Source: Epithemia pelagica
Taxonomy: Eukaryota > Protista > Bacillariophyta
DNA: 64,000 bases
Direction: 5' to 3'
Assembly (NCBI GenBank): GCA_946965045.2
Contig: OX337235.1
Coordinates: 1,674,001 to 1,738,000, forward strand
Of this stretch, positions 32,663 to 43,838 are shown one piece after another; position 1 is the first letter of the stretch; every line of letters begins with the position of its first letter. The notes below the pieces were generated by a model. The model had not been told where the DNA came from and did not search any database. It saw only the letters and a program-made list of their open reading frames with translations. The position numbers and the translations under genes were made by a program.

Positions 32663-34978
32663 ATGACGAGCACGACCGCCACAATATCGTCTCCTTTGAA
32701 CAAGGGCGTGGTCAAGGATGCACTGGAATCTTCAATTCAGATGGCAAAGGAAGAGTCATCAGCGGATCAGCTGTCGGAAGACCTTGTTCTATTCTTGTCC
32801 AATCCTTCACTGAGGGCAGCTCTTGCGGATGGGTCTTTGGATCTAGCTTCTTATTCCAGTACTGTGGAAGAAGAACTATTGGAGCTAGAAACAAAATGCA
32901 TCGAGAAATATCGATCCAAGTCAAAAGAAATCCAGACAATGCACAGCGACCTGCAAGAATGCCAGTCAGTTTTGTCTTCCTTACGCGAAATGCTGCTTGG
33001 GTTTCAAGCAGATCTGGGATCCTTATCAGGAGAGATTCGACAACTGCAAGAAAAGAGTCGATCCTTGGATGTACAAGTAAAAAACCGCAAAGAATCAGAG
33101 AAGGGTATTCGTGAGTTTTTGTCTCATATTGTCATAGCTCCAAACATGGCACATGCAATCAGCACCGGACCTGTTAACCCCAGTTTCCTTCAGGCAGTTC
33201 AAGAGCTTAATCAAATTCATAGAGATTGTCGTGACACTGAGCGACGAGAATGGTCATGTAATCACGCCCCGGGAGACACAACTGCGGGAATTGAAATGCA
33301 AGGGAAGGTTGAAACGTTGCGTTTATTGGCTGTCCGACGGATTCGCGATTACTTTTTGGAACAAATATCACTGTTGAGGAAACCCCAGACAAATGTTCGC
33401 ATGATTCAGGTACATGGCTTACTTAAATATTCAGCCTTGCAAGATTTTCTTCACGAAGCATCTCCCGATATTGCTTCTGAAATTCTCAGCGTCTATCTGG
33501 AATCAATGAGCAAGACCCTGCTACAACTATTCCGTACCTACCAGGCTCAGCTTTTACAGTTGGATTCAACAAAGCAAGCAGCAACACGTCAGGACGTGAT
33601 TGCCATCGAGGATTCCTTGCTTCGTGATTCACTCACCACCAGGGCGAAGAAACGTGTTGATTTGGTTTGTTTGGGTCGAAGGGCGATTGATTGTCTTGAC
33701 GATGAAGCCGACCCCCGTCCTATCATGGCTCACGTTGCATTGGCCGAAGGCCATCGCTACACGTACGAGCGGCTCTTTCGCTCAATTCTTGGGCACCTGG
33801 TCGATGCCGTGACTAATGAGCATGTATTCTGTCGCCAATTTTTCAAACGTGACTGTTTTACGCCGCTGTTTCACGGTACACTGGGTTTGTTGCTCGAGCA
33901 ACTGGAGAATTATTTGTTTACCTGCTACGACGCGTTATGTCTTCTCCTCATGATCAAGGTTGCTCACTTCTACAGAAGATTAACAAGAAAGCGAAAAATT
34001 CATTCTCTGGATAGCTTCTTTGATCATTGTTCTGGGTTGCTCTGGCCACGCTTAAAGATTGTCATGGAACAGCACTTGAGGAGTCTCAAACAAGCCACAG
34101 CGCCGAAGCTAGGAGGCGTCGATCTTCAACAGCATTATGTTAGTAGGAGGTTTGCTGAATTTTGCTGCAGTATCCTTCTTATTCTGCACAATCGCCCTCA
34201 ACAACAACAAAGTCACTCCTCCCATGGCGCAACTCCACAACGAAGAGCAGCACCACAAGCTGACGGTTCTGTTGGAGGCGAGAATACGGGGAACAATGAA
34301 AAATCCTCGAGTAGCCTTTCCCCCTCTTCAGTAAAGGTTCCTGGTACCGGAAGCTTTGACGAGGATGCCCCCGCCTCTCAGCAGAGTGCTGGTGATGTGC
34401 TGCTCGCTGACCTTACCGAAATGGTGAACGAATTTGTTTTGTTGCTCGAACGCTTGTCAGATCAACATTCTGTGCAGAAAAAGAAAATTATCTTCTTAAT
34501 CAACAACTTGGATCACGTGGTATGCATATTCCAAGAACGTCGTGTTGTTGGAAAGGAATTCAATCGTTTCGCGGAACTGTTGGTGAAACAAAGGGAGCTT
34601 TTTGTGGAAGAAGAGCTGTTGACTGGTTTCTCAAAGATGATTGCCTTTGTACAGCAAACGGAGCCACATTTGCTAAAAAGTAGTGGAACAACACCTGATG
34701 TAAACGTACAAGTCGTGGAAAGTTTGGTTTTGGATTTCGCGTCCAACTGGAAGTCAAATATTGACCAGATCAATCGAGATGTCCTCAGCTACTTTTCAAA
34801 CTTTCGAAATGGCATGGAGATTCTTAAACAAGTGCTGACTCAGCTCTTGCTCTACTATACTCGGTTCCAGGATGTTATCCGCAAGGTTTGGCGAAACAAA
34901 CCTCCCGCCTTCACGAAACACTTGGTGAACACAACTGTCATACTAAACGAGATAAAGAAACATGCGATGACAATCTAA
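32663..34978 (+). CDS. VPS52: GARP complex subunit Vps52
   Basis: FQADLGSLSGEIRQLQEKS...VKNRK, LWPRLK, HYVSRRFAEF, FLINN, FSNFRNG...LTQLLLYY. Confidence 0.93.
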   Translation: MTSTTATISSPLNKGVVKDALESSIQMAKEESSADQLSEDLVLFLSNPSLRAALADGSLDLASYSSTVEEELLELETKCIEKYRSKSKEIQTMHSDLQECQSVLSSLREMLLGFQADLGSLSGEIRQLQEKSRSLDVQVKNRKESEKGIREFLSHIVIAPNMAHAISTGPVNPSFLQAVQELNQIHRDCRDTERREWSCNHAPGDTTAGIEMQGKVETLRLLAVRRIRDYFLEQISLLRKPQTNVRMIQVHGLLKYSALQDFLHEASPDIASEILSVYLESMSKTLLQLFRTYQAQLLQLDSTKQAATRQDVIAIEDSLLRDSLTTRAKKRVDLVCLGRRAIDCLDDEADPRPIMAHVALAEGHRYTYERLFRSILGHLVDAVTNEHVFCRQFFKRDCFTPLFHGTLGLLLEQLENYLFTCYDALCLLLMIKVAHFYRRLTRKRKIHSLDSFFDHCSGLLWPRLKIVMEQHLRSLKQATAPKLGGVDLQQHYVSRRFAEFCCSILLILHNRPQQQQSHSSHGATPQRRAAPQADGSVGGENTGNNEKSSSSLSPSSVKVPGTGSFDEDAPASQQSAGDVLLADLTEMVNEFVLLLERLSDQHSVQKKKIIFLINNLDHVVCIFQERRVVGKEFNRFAELLVKQRELFVEEELLTGFSKMIAFVQQTEPHLLKSSGTTPDVNVQVVESLVLDFASNWKSNIDQINRDVLSYFSNFRNGMEILKQVLTQLLLYYTRFQDVIRKVWRNKPPAFTKHLVNTTVILNEIKKHAMTI

Positions 34979-35129
34979 GATCAAAACGTTGCTGTGGTGG
35001 CATTCCATGGCAAATGTTTTGATGGGATGTTGCGAGAACAGGAGAAGAAGTATGTTATCGATGGTTGACGCAAATTCTTTTGAAAAAATCTGGTGTGAAA
35101 AAGTCCAACTTTGATATTAGTGTACATCA

Positions 35130-36089
35130 CTAAGTACGTCGTCTACTTTCTTCTTGGTCTTCCACAAAGCCATTAGCCCACAAATTCTCTTCTTGTATGT
35201 CATCGGTTTCGAAGGCCTTTTCGTCAGACCATCCCTCGGATGACGATGACAAAGACGGTGACGAAGAAGACGAGACGTCGTCGAGGTCAAGGGGTACTCC
35301 CGGTGGAGGAATGGCAATACGAAAACCAGGGTTGGAAACACCTTTCTCCTTTCTTAAGCGTTGTTGGTATCGTAGTCGTAAATCACAATTCCGTGCAAAA
35401 TTCAAGAGACTGTCTACTGTTTTTGCCTTCGTTTCAGTCAAGACAAGCTTCATCATTTCGTCGCCTTGTGCGCTCTCTTCCTCCAGTTCTTTGATCCAGT
35501 CGACTGCCAGGGGGCAAAATTCTCGGCAAAGACTGGAATCACCAGGAGCTAGTGGAAGCAAGGATATGTCTTCAATCATTTTATCAACATTTGCCATTCT
35601 CACTGTTGCTGCAATTGCCACACACAACCCCACCAAACCATCAAATGTCCATCCAAAAAAGAAAGAGAACAAAGTTTCTTTGGGTACTTGTTGAGGAGGA
35701 TCCTTTGTTCCCTGTTGGAACGGGTTGTTATTATTTTGAGTTTGTTGTGCTTGTCGCTGTTGAATCATTTGCTGCATAGGAGAGGGAGGCGCTGCGGCGT
35801 TTCCCTGTTGTGGTCTGCTTTGTGCTGCCTGAAACTTGCGCAAGGCGGCTCCTCGCAAGTATCGTAGACCAAGGAGAGTAATCGCGCCGGCAACAAACCC
35901 TTCCACTAAACCTGAATTGTTCATCTTCTGCAACAACGCTTGCTCGTGCGGTTCAAGGCGGAATTTCTCCAAACTTGCATTTCCGTACTTGTCTTTCACC
36001 AGGTCTGCCTTGGCAGACATCGCTCTCATCAGGCGACGCATTGCGCTTGCCTCAACTTCATCTTGCGTTCTGCTTTCCTGCTCACTCAT
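35130..36089 (-). CDS. Hypothetical membrane protein (two hydrophobic segments, Gln-rich loop)
   Basis: Long ORF with protein-like composition. No family recognised. Confidence 0.7.
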   Translation of the reverse strand: MSEQESRTQDEVEASAMRRLMRAMSAKADLVKDKYGNASLEKFRLEPHEQALLQKMNNSGLVEGFVAGAITLLGLRYLRGAALRKFQAAQSRPQQGNAAAPPSPMQQMIQQRQAQQTQNNNNPFQQGTKDPPQQVPKETLFSFFFGWTFDGLVGLCVAIAATVRMANVDKMIEDISLLPLAPGDSSLCREFCPLAVDWIKELEEESAQGDEMMKLVLTETKAKTVDSLLNFARNCDLRLRYQQRLRKEKGVSNPGFRIAIPPPGVPLDLDDVSSSSSPSLSSSSEGWSDEKAFETDDIQEENLWANGFVEDQEESRRRT

Positions 36090-36813
36090 CTGCAACGCGG
36101 AGTTTTATGCTAGACCGTAACTTTCGCTTCTCCTGATTCTGGTTTGTCTCTTACAAACGCAAACCAAACCGATTGTAATCATGGAAAATGCAAATAGGAA
36201 ATGTTGACTGTTGACATCTCAGTTCCCCAAATCTGACACAAACACACAAAAGGCTGGGAGTGCTAATGGGGTGTGAAGGGGTAGCATCCATAGTATCGTC
36301 ATGGGCGACTCTAAGAGTAGGAGTAACTGGTGACAAACATGAAGACCTTTGGCCCAATATTCCCATTGTTTCATAACAGTCGTCTGATTTTGTTGGTGTT
36401 CAATGGAGCTAGATTAAGATGGGGATTGAGGAAAGGACATAGGCCCATCTCCGCCTCAACAGTCCTTGCAACCAACGGGCTTCTCAATCGCAAGGTTTCT
36501 AATCCACCTTCCACATTTTCACAGAGTAATACCCCTTAAATAGATGTATCTAGTATCTATCGATATCTTTTAATGGATTCAATCTGGACAAGGCAACTAT
36601 TGGCGATTGGAATGCATGCTATGACGGGCTACCTAGCTAGCTATAGCTCTCTGGGTAGCTCCGCAACAATTACTCCTACTCCTAGCTCCTAGGAGTACCT
36701 TATACCGCCTTACTAAAATTGCATGACATTGCGCGCTGCCGTGAGATGTGAGGTAGCACTGATCGGACGAGACAGGCTCTGGAAGTTTAAGATCAACCGA
36801 TAACTTTGTAGAG

Positions 36814-37144
36814 ATGGTCAAGGTATGTCAAATTGTTTTGTGTTAGATACGCAGCATAAAAAGTGACTCGGGAGTGCAGTTTTGATCGAAAGAATCAAAA
36901 TCGCATCGTTAAAATGGATATACAGAGAAGGGCCCATTTCTCACCAGTTTTCGATCTTTCTTTGTATCTACAGCAAAAGAACACTTGTGCACACAACAAT
37001 ACGCACAAAGCTCATGCCAATGGAATTAAAAAGGCCAAGAGACAGCGATATGTGTCTACCAAGGGTATGGACCCAAAGTTTCTTCGCAATCAGAAATATG
37101 CCAAGAAATATAATGGAAGTAAACGGGCGAAGGAGGACGAGTAA
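36814..37144 (+). CDS. RPL29: 60S ribosomal protein L29 (eL29); exons 36814-36822, 36974-37144
   Basis: [23 protein letters not shown]...[18 protein letters not shown]. Confidence 0.95.
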
Positions 37145-37228
37145 ATCAAAACTCTCATTTCTCGTGTAAGATGAAAAGCGACAAATACTAGAAAAATTCT
37201 GCACATGTCTACCGGCTATTTTTTGCAG

Positions 37229-38395
37229 CTACAATTTACCTTGTCGATAGTCGGACACCAGCTTGACGAATTCGGATTTCTCCATGAGTCCCATTGCTTT
37301 GGACTGGAGACCGGCCTTACGAATGACTGCCTTGAGTTCCTTCACTGACATCTCAGAGGGATCCTTCAGTTTGATATTGCATGTCTCGTCCGGCGGGAGC
37401 TTTTCTTTCAAGAAGCTTAACACATCTCCCAACTCGTCCATAGATACAGTGTGCGCGATGGGATAGGTTTTGTATTTGTAGTCTGTTGCTCCCTTCATCT
37501 CTACCACAACTTTGGATTTCTCGGCCATGGATGCGCCTACCAACATGTCTTGGCTGCCGTGGCAGTGAAGAATTGGGGTAGTTTCCAATCCGGCTGTGAT
37601 TGTGAACTTGGATGCAGCCGGTAGATAGCCAGACATGACAACGATTCCAGCCAATTTTTGTTCCGATCTTTGCAGCTGCATTCCGGTGTATAAGGAAAGA
37701 GCTCCTCCTTGCGAAAATCCGGCCAAAACCATGCGATTGTAGGCCAAACCTGTGGTTTCGTGTTCGTTTTCCATTATCTGTACCAACTTTTCTCGGGAAT
37801 CCTCAATACCATCGCACTTTTCATTTGATCGTTCGTCCAGTCCGACAATATCGTACCATGATGGCATACGCATCCCCATATTCATAGTTACAGGATTGGT
37901 GGGCGCCGTTGGCAACACAAACTTTGCGTATGGCATCGCCTTCGCCATCATCTATACGATCAATGGACGCATTGTTTGAAAGAAAATACAATGCAGGACC
38001 GAAATAAACGGTGAGGCAGGAAGATCGTTATGTTTTTTTGGAAAAGAAGCTGTCCGCATTTTTCTCTTGTGTAAAATCCTGTATTTGAATCTCTTACCTC
38101 AGCGGCATCAGCTACCATTAAGTTAGCATGGAATTGGAAGGACAAGACATTGACGATGGGAAAGGTAAGCACATAAGCGAAAGGACGGGTTTGTTCCAAG
38201 AAAAGTGTAAGTCTCTTGGTCGGTTTACAGAATCTGAGTAGCGTAACTATGATCATATGGTTGTGATACGGACTTACCAAAGCCTTCTGCTGTGTCGCCA
38301 AGTCCATGAGATATGACTACCAAAGCAGATTGGTCAGCTTCATTTTTGGGGCTGACAGTGATAGTACCACCACTTCGTTCTGTTGTATACGACAT
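37229..38395 (-). CDS. Acyl-protein thioesterase/lysophospholipase (abhydrolase_2) with C-terminal SAP-like helical tail; exons 38395-38278, 38111-38098, 37951-37229
   Basis: HGLGD, PTAP...MPSWYDI, GFSQGG nucleophile, HGSQD, AHTV. GT-AG phases are consistent. Confidence 0.9.
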
Positions 38396-39127
38396 TGCGG
38401 AATGAAAGGAGTGGGCTCCACTGGGAAAGCAACAACAACAACAAAGTACGAGAAGGCAATGACAGTGATGAGCCGCCACGGGTGGAAGATACCCACGTTT
38501 CCAATGATATTTCGAGAAGATGCTGAATGAGGAACAAGAATGAGTTGCCCGATAACCTCTGAGAATCATTCAGTTTCAATCTCGTTAATCTTTCATTCAT
38601 CAAAAGACAAAACGAGGGAAACGATTATGTTCCTGATCTCATTTCTAATCCTTCTCGGCATTCTCGAAAGGCAATCGCAAGCAACAAGCAACCCATCGTT
38701 ATTCGTTATTGATTGGACGCAGGCAGGTCCTGTTGGCGTGCGCGCGGAGGAGGAAGGTACATAGCTATTTAGAGGTAGAAGGGGATTTTCCCTCTAGACT
38801 CTAGAGTCAGGTATTCCTACTCCTACTCCATCTACTCCTGAGTCGAAGGAGTAATCATATGAGCAGAATGGGAGAGAAGCAGAAGAAAGCAATAGAGAAG
38901 TCGAGTAGTGTGTTGGTAGACTGCATACCCAACAGGCACGCAGTGTTCTCCTGGCTACTCATAAATAAAACTATCGCTGGTCAGATCGTAGGGTGGCAAC
39001 TCGTCTTCTAAAGGGCTCTAATCACACAAGACAGCATTGTTGAAAGCCCACGACCCAGCCTGGGCTCCTTACCCTGCGAAAATTCATGCGAGAGAAACAA
39101 AATGGGTCAATTGTTTTGTTTGTGTCC

Positions 39128-40540
39128 TCAAAAGCTCTTGGTAGAATTGGTATCAAATCGCTTGAAGTACTTCATGTCCCAATACTTCAAAGGGCTAAGA
39201 CCAACTGTTGCATTGTCATACCTAGGCTCCATCCCAAAATACGGTCCTTCCCCAGCTGCTGCTGTCTCTTTCATTTGTGTTCGTGTTTTCCGTCTGTCGC
39301 GTTTATGCAATTCGGGAAACGCCAAACGAAAAAGGGCTGCCAAATCAACCCGCGCGCCACAGGTAGAAGCATGACCAGCTCCATCTACAACATGTAATGT
39401 ACATGGAGGAGGAAGCAAGGATGCCAATCGCTCTGCTTCGTCGAGAGAAGGTAAGGTGGAGTCCTTCTCTCCAGCAACAATAAGTGTCCGAAAGGTTGGG
39501 TAGTTGGAAAACTCAGTAAGCCGAGACAGCATGTGATTGCATCCGTAGGTTAGCCATTCTATGAGTCTCCATAGTAGCACCTCTTTGTCAAGGAACGGAA
39601 TCACAAATGGAAGCGATAACGCCACGCGACCCATGTAGGCTTCACGCATTTCATTATCGACCAGAGATGGCAGGGCTTCTCCTCGAAGAATTAGTAGCAA
39701 TTGGTCAAAAGAATATTCGTCGGTGAAAAGTGGTAGTAGTTTGAGAAGCCCCAGGTTATAAAGCCACGAAGGATACCGTGCTACCGCTGGTGCCTCCGCT
39801 GCCAAGCGTGAACGATCGTAGCAAGTCGCCGCGTTGATGAGACACAATCCCTGAAGCGCCAAATGGGGTTTTGTACGTAGAATCGTCAGGGTCACATCTA
39901 ATGCGAGAATCCCACCAAAAGATTCTCCTGCCAGGTAGACCGGGCGTGGTCTTGAGCTTTTCGTGAACCATCTCTGCAACCAATTTCCACGACTTCCGGA
40001 TTTTCTCTTAGGTTCCTTTCCTTGGTCCTCGACTTCTGTATCGTTATAAACAGTTAATGTTTCTTCAAGATAGCTGATCACACTTTCTTTCAGATCCGTG
40101 TATGTTGAACGGTCTCTCGTTGCGACTGTCATACAACGCACGTCGAAGATAGTTCCCAGTTCGGGGAATTGAAGGAATGGACTCAAAAAAGTGCCATCAA
40201 ATCCTGGAAGATAGAGCAACAGTGGTTTGTCTTCCAGGGCTGTGGACTCGAATTCCTCCACAGCCACTCGGTATCCATAGTCAAGTAGAGGAGCTATGAA
40301 CTTCACGTCGCGGACGCGAGAATCATTTTGTAATGCTGACATGGCTACATCATTGGAATTCCTCGTTATTTCCGGGACTTGTTTGGCTGCTATCACACAC
40401 GAGGACGACCTTTTGCTTATTTGCACCGTGCATGGAATGGTGAAACCTGCAATGCCTTTGAAGAAAACAATCGCAGCGGTGATAACGCCGACTCGGGCCC
40501 ACGACGGCCTCGGCCATTCAACAGTTTGATTTCCTTTCAT
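39128..40540 (-). CDS. Alpha/beta-hydrolase resembling the N-terminal domain of phytyl-ester synthase (PES/ELT), probably plastid-targeted
   Basis: LLLYLPGFDG, YLAGESFGG, LINAAT, GEKDSTLPS, GAGH. Confidence 0.82.
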   Translation of the reverse strand: MKGNQTVEWPRPSWARVGVITAAIVFFKGIAGFTIPCTVQISKRSSSCVIAAKQVPEITRNSNDVAMSALQNDSRVRDVKFIAPLLDYGYRVAVEEFESTALEDKPLLLYLPGFDGTFLSPFLQFPELGTIFDVRCMTVATRDRSTYTDLKESVISYLEETLTVYNDTEVEDQGKEPKRKSGSRGNWLQRWFTKSSRPRPVYLAGESFGGILALDVTLTILRTKPHLALQGLCLINAATCYDRSRLAAEAPAVARYPSWLYNLGLLKLLPLFTDEYSFDQLLLILRGEALPSLVDNEMREAYMGRVALSLPFVIPFLDKEVLLWRLIEWLTYGCNHMLSRLTEFSNYPTFRTLIVAGEKDSTLPSLDEAERLASLLPPPCTLHVVDGAGHASTCGARVDLAALFRLAFPELHKRDRRKTRTQMKETAAAGEGPYFGMEPRYDNATVGLSPLKYWDMKYFKRFDTNSTKSF

Positions 40541-41038
40541 TGTGAAGATTTTTTTCTTGTGTTCTGTCGGTCGGCTCTCGAAAGAAGATCGACTGTGACG
40601 TTGATTGAGAGTTGAGAATATCCTTACAAGGATTTTACGGAGAACCGGAAGATACTACCTAAGCAAGGCCAGGATTAGGAGCTACCTAGGTAGGTAGCTC
40701 TTGCGTCCACGTGGCACCCTTTCATATCTTATCTCCAATCTTATCGCAATAGTATGGAATAAACCAAAAATAGACCAACAATAGACGAATAATATTAATC
40801 ATAAGTAACACAATACTTCATTTTAATGTAACAAAACCAAATGCATCGTGAACTCCAGTTGTTGCTTTTCAACCCTTTCGAATCGTTTTTGTTTCATCGT
40901 GAACAAGAGGCCTTGGAGCGATTCAATTCTCCCCAAATCCGAAAAGTCCAAATGGCACGTACGGCCACAATGTCCTGGTGGAATCATTCCGTACCCAAAG
41001 TTAATGAACGTTTCTGCATGTATACACAGAACGGTCCC

Positions 41039-41707
41039 TCATAGAATGGGAAGGAACAGACTACTCGATGGGATACTGGACATAGCTCGCGTTGAGACCC
41101 CTCCTTTACCCAGACACAGCGACGATGATAGAATTGAATTTGGTACATTTTCTTGGAGATTCAACGCATTTTCAATCCCATCAGGACGCATCGACAATCG
41201 CACAACTTCATGTCGCTCTCTTGTTGTCGTTGTGGTATGTTTTCTCTGTCGCCCAAAACCAGGTTGCATCGAATTTTCCGGCTCGGGCCCAGAAAAATTT
41301 GGAGAGGCGTCGCCAGAAGGCGAACCGATTGGGTGCCTTGAACGAGGCATTCGAAGTTCTGCAATCACCACTCGCCCTGATTGAGGCAGTCCAGGGGATT
41401 GCCCCCGTTTCGTTGAGGTTGACAAGCGAGGACACAAGCTTAACATGGCCTCATCGGACACTGTAGCCCGAATATGCGGACGAGATGGAAAAGCCAGAAA
41501 AAATTCGCCTTGATCCCGTGGAAATTCTTCTCCCACGCCTCCATTGTCGAGATTGTCTCCACATTTCCTCTTCCTCAGATTGGTGGTTCTCCATGCTTCT
41601 CCCCATGCACTTGATTTTTCCAGTATTTCCAATTGATTCATCTCACCGAACTTCCGTTTTGAAACTCGTTCAGACTCCATTCTTCGCGTAAAGTCTTGTT
41701 GGACCAT
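41039..41707 (-). CDS. Hypothetical protein (weak)
   Basis: 222-codon ORF in an otherwise gene-free gap. No motif recognised. Confidence 0.3.
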   Translation of the reverse strand: MVQQDFTRRMESERVSKRKFGEMNQLEILEKSSAWGEAWRTTNLRKRKCGDNLDNGGVGEEFPRDQGEFFLAFPSRPHIRATVSDEAMLSLCPRLSTSTKRGQSPGLPQSGRVVIAELRMPRSRHPIGSPSGDASPNFSGPEPENSMQPGFGRQRKHTTTTTRERHEVVRLSMRPDGIENALNLQENVPNSILSSSLCLGKGGVSTRAMSSIPSSSLFLPIL

Positions 41708-43838
41708 CGTTTGTAGTTCTTGTTCTCTCGTACAACATTTCTGCTAGTTGCAGTTTGCGCTTTGCGTTTGGGTTTGGGGTTATAGCGTGTGTGTGTCTGG
41801 TCGTGTTTGGGTGTTTGCACTGTGATAATTATGCCCCCTAAACGTGTTCTTCCTTGGAGGTTTGGGAGTTTTCCAAGCACTTTTACTCTTTAGAGCTATA
41901 CTCATACAATAGAGCCTATTCTAGTACAGAGGATTATCAGTACCGTGGTTTCATTGCATACTCGTAAGCTCCACTTCCCCCTGCGTGCGGGACCAAGTCT
42001 TCAATCCATACTCTCTGAACTATAGTTGTCAGACGCACGCTTGAGCATGATCATGCTGCGAGCTCGTACGGAGTTTGGGTGTGGAGTAGCAAGAGTCAAG
42101 CCTTCACCTCGTGGAGCGTGGAGTTTGGCAACAACAGAACTAAAAAGACAGACCTGCAAAAAGTCGCTTCCATCGACTGAGTTGGAGGATTAGGAGAGTG
42201 GATAGTTCCGATCACTCCAGATTGCGGTTTCCCCCAGGTTGCTCACTGTCCAGGTTTTGCTGCGGTTGGAGAAACATCGTGTTCTTTTCTCATAGGAGTA
42301 CCGTTGTAGCCTTCTCCACTTCGCAACTTGAGTTCGCACTTCGCCAACTCTCAAGACTCAAGCTGCGATTGAGCCGTCACATCTTGCGATTCCTCTGGCA
42401 AATTGTCGAAAGGACCCTCCGGTGATGATGTTCCCTGCAATACTACGGACTACGGAGGCTGGCGTTCTCTTCCATCCTAGCTGATGCTCCTATGACATTG
42501 ACATTTGAAACCAGACGATAAACTAGACTCTGAAAACCTTGTCTATATTGTTCGAGGTTTCAGTCACTCCTACTATCTACTCCTAAGGTTTCTTTTGCCA
42601 CTCCCAGGATGAGCCTCTGGGATCTGGGACCATCTAATTTGACCATGTGGTGTTTTGCAGTGATCCGGTGGTGGCAAGCTAGCAGCAACGCAGCATGAGG
42701 AATGAGGACCCGCTGTTCACTTGAAGCTCCTAACCAGCACAAAACTTGGCGCACAAACGCACAAGCACATTGGAATGTTAAGAAGCATCGGCATCCAAAT
42801 GTATACGAATGAAGAACTCTCTCTTCCTTTGACGTCATACATACTCATAGAGGTTCGAAGTTCGAACTACAACGAGCAAAGGAGAAGATAGAGTGACAGT
42901 AAAAGAAACAAGAAAGCAATGCTCCGCATTCGCAGTTCGCAGAACAAGTACATGCTAGTCCGGGATACGACTCTCGATCTCGGGAGCTTTAGCTAGAAGA
43001 TACCTGACCCTCTAGCTAGCTAGACCCTAGAGACCCCACATAGACCGCATGACGGAGTACTCGTACTCGTATTTAGATCTTAAAGGGAGTGACATTTATG
43101 CCTTTTGTCGGAGTGCGAGTATAGCCTGGATCATCCGTTGGGCGATGGTCAATTCCACCCTGCCAAAATGCATACGAGATAGGCCGAATATGTCCAAGAA
43201 AACTTTCAGCGGTCTTGGATCATACTTTGTTCTAGTTTGGTTATTATAAATGGTCTGTCTTTGTGCTAGAGATTTTCGACAGGAAAACGGAAATTTTCTG
43301 CAACGAATATTCCGAATCCACTTGCAAATCGGCAGCCGGGTTGTCTTCGTGTCTTCTGTTTGGTGTCTGTTCTTTCTGCGGCAATTCGGAGCCAGACAGA
43401 CAACAACCGCGCTCGTTTCTCCATATATTTTGTATGGCTGTCGCACTCGCACAGACCAGATGACCTTTTTTCTTTTGGATTTTTTACCGCGGATCAACTG
43501 TTGCCCTTTGGCTTGCACAACGATTGTGCCTGCCAAAAGACGGGAGCATCGAGAGAAAACCCAATCTCTCCCTTTATGCCGCATCATTCACACGCAACAA
43601 CACAGCGAGTGTCATCTTCCTTTCTTTTCGTTGGCTTACCTGTTTTCAAATCGTGCCATTGGCGTTCATCGGGATTGGAGCTTGGGTGTGGGTCGCATTG
43701 TTGGAGATTCGGAACGAGTAGCTGCTGTCACAGCTCACTCACGATCACAAAAAGGTCCGAAGCGACAAGAGCACACTATCTGGTGTACCGAGTGTCTCCA
43801 GAATACGATCGGAAATCGAAAGTTTGTGAAATCCGCAA

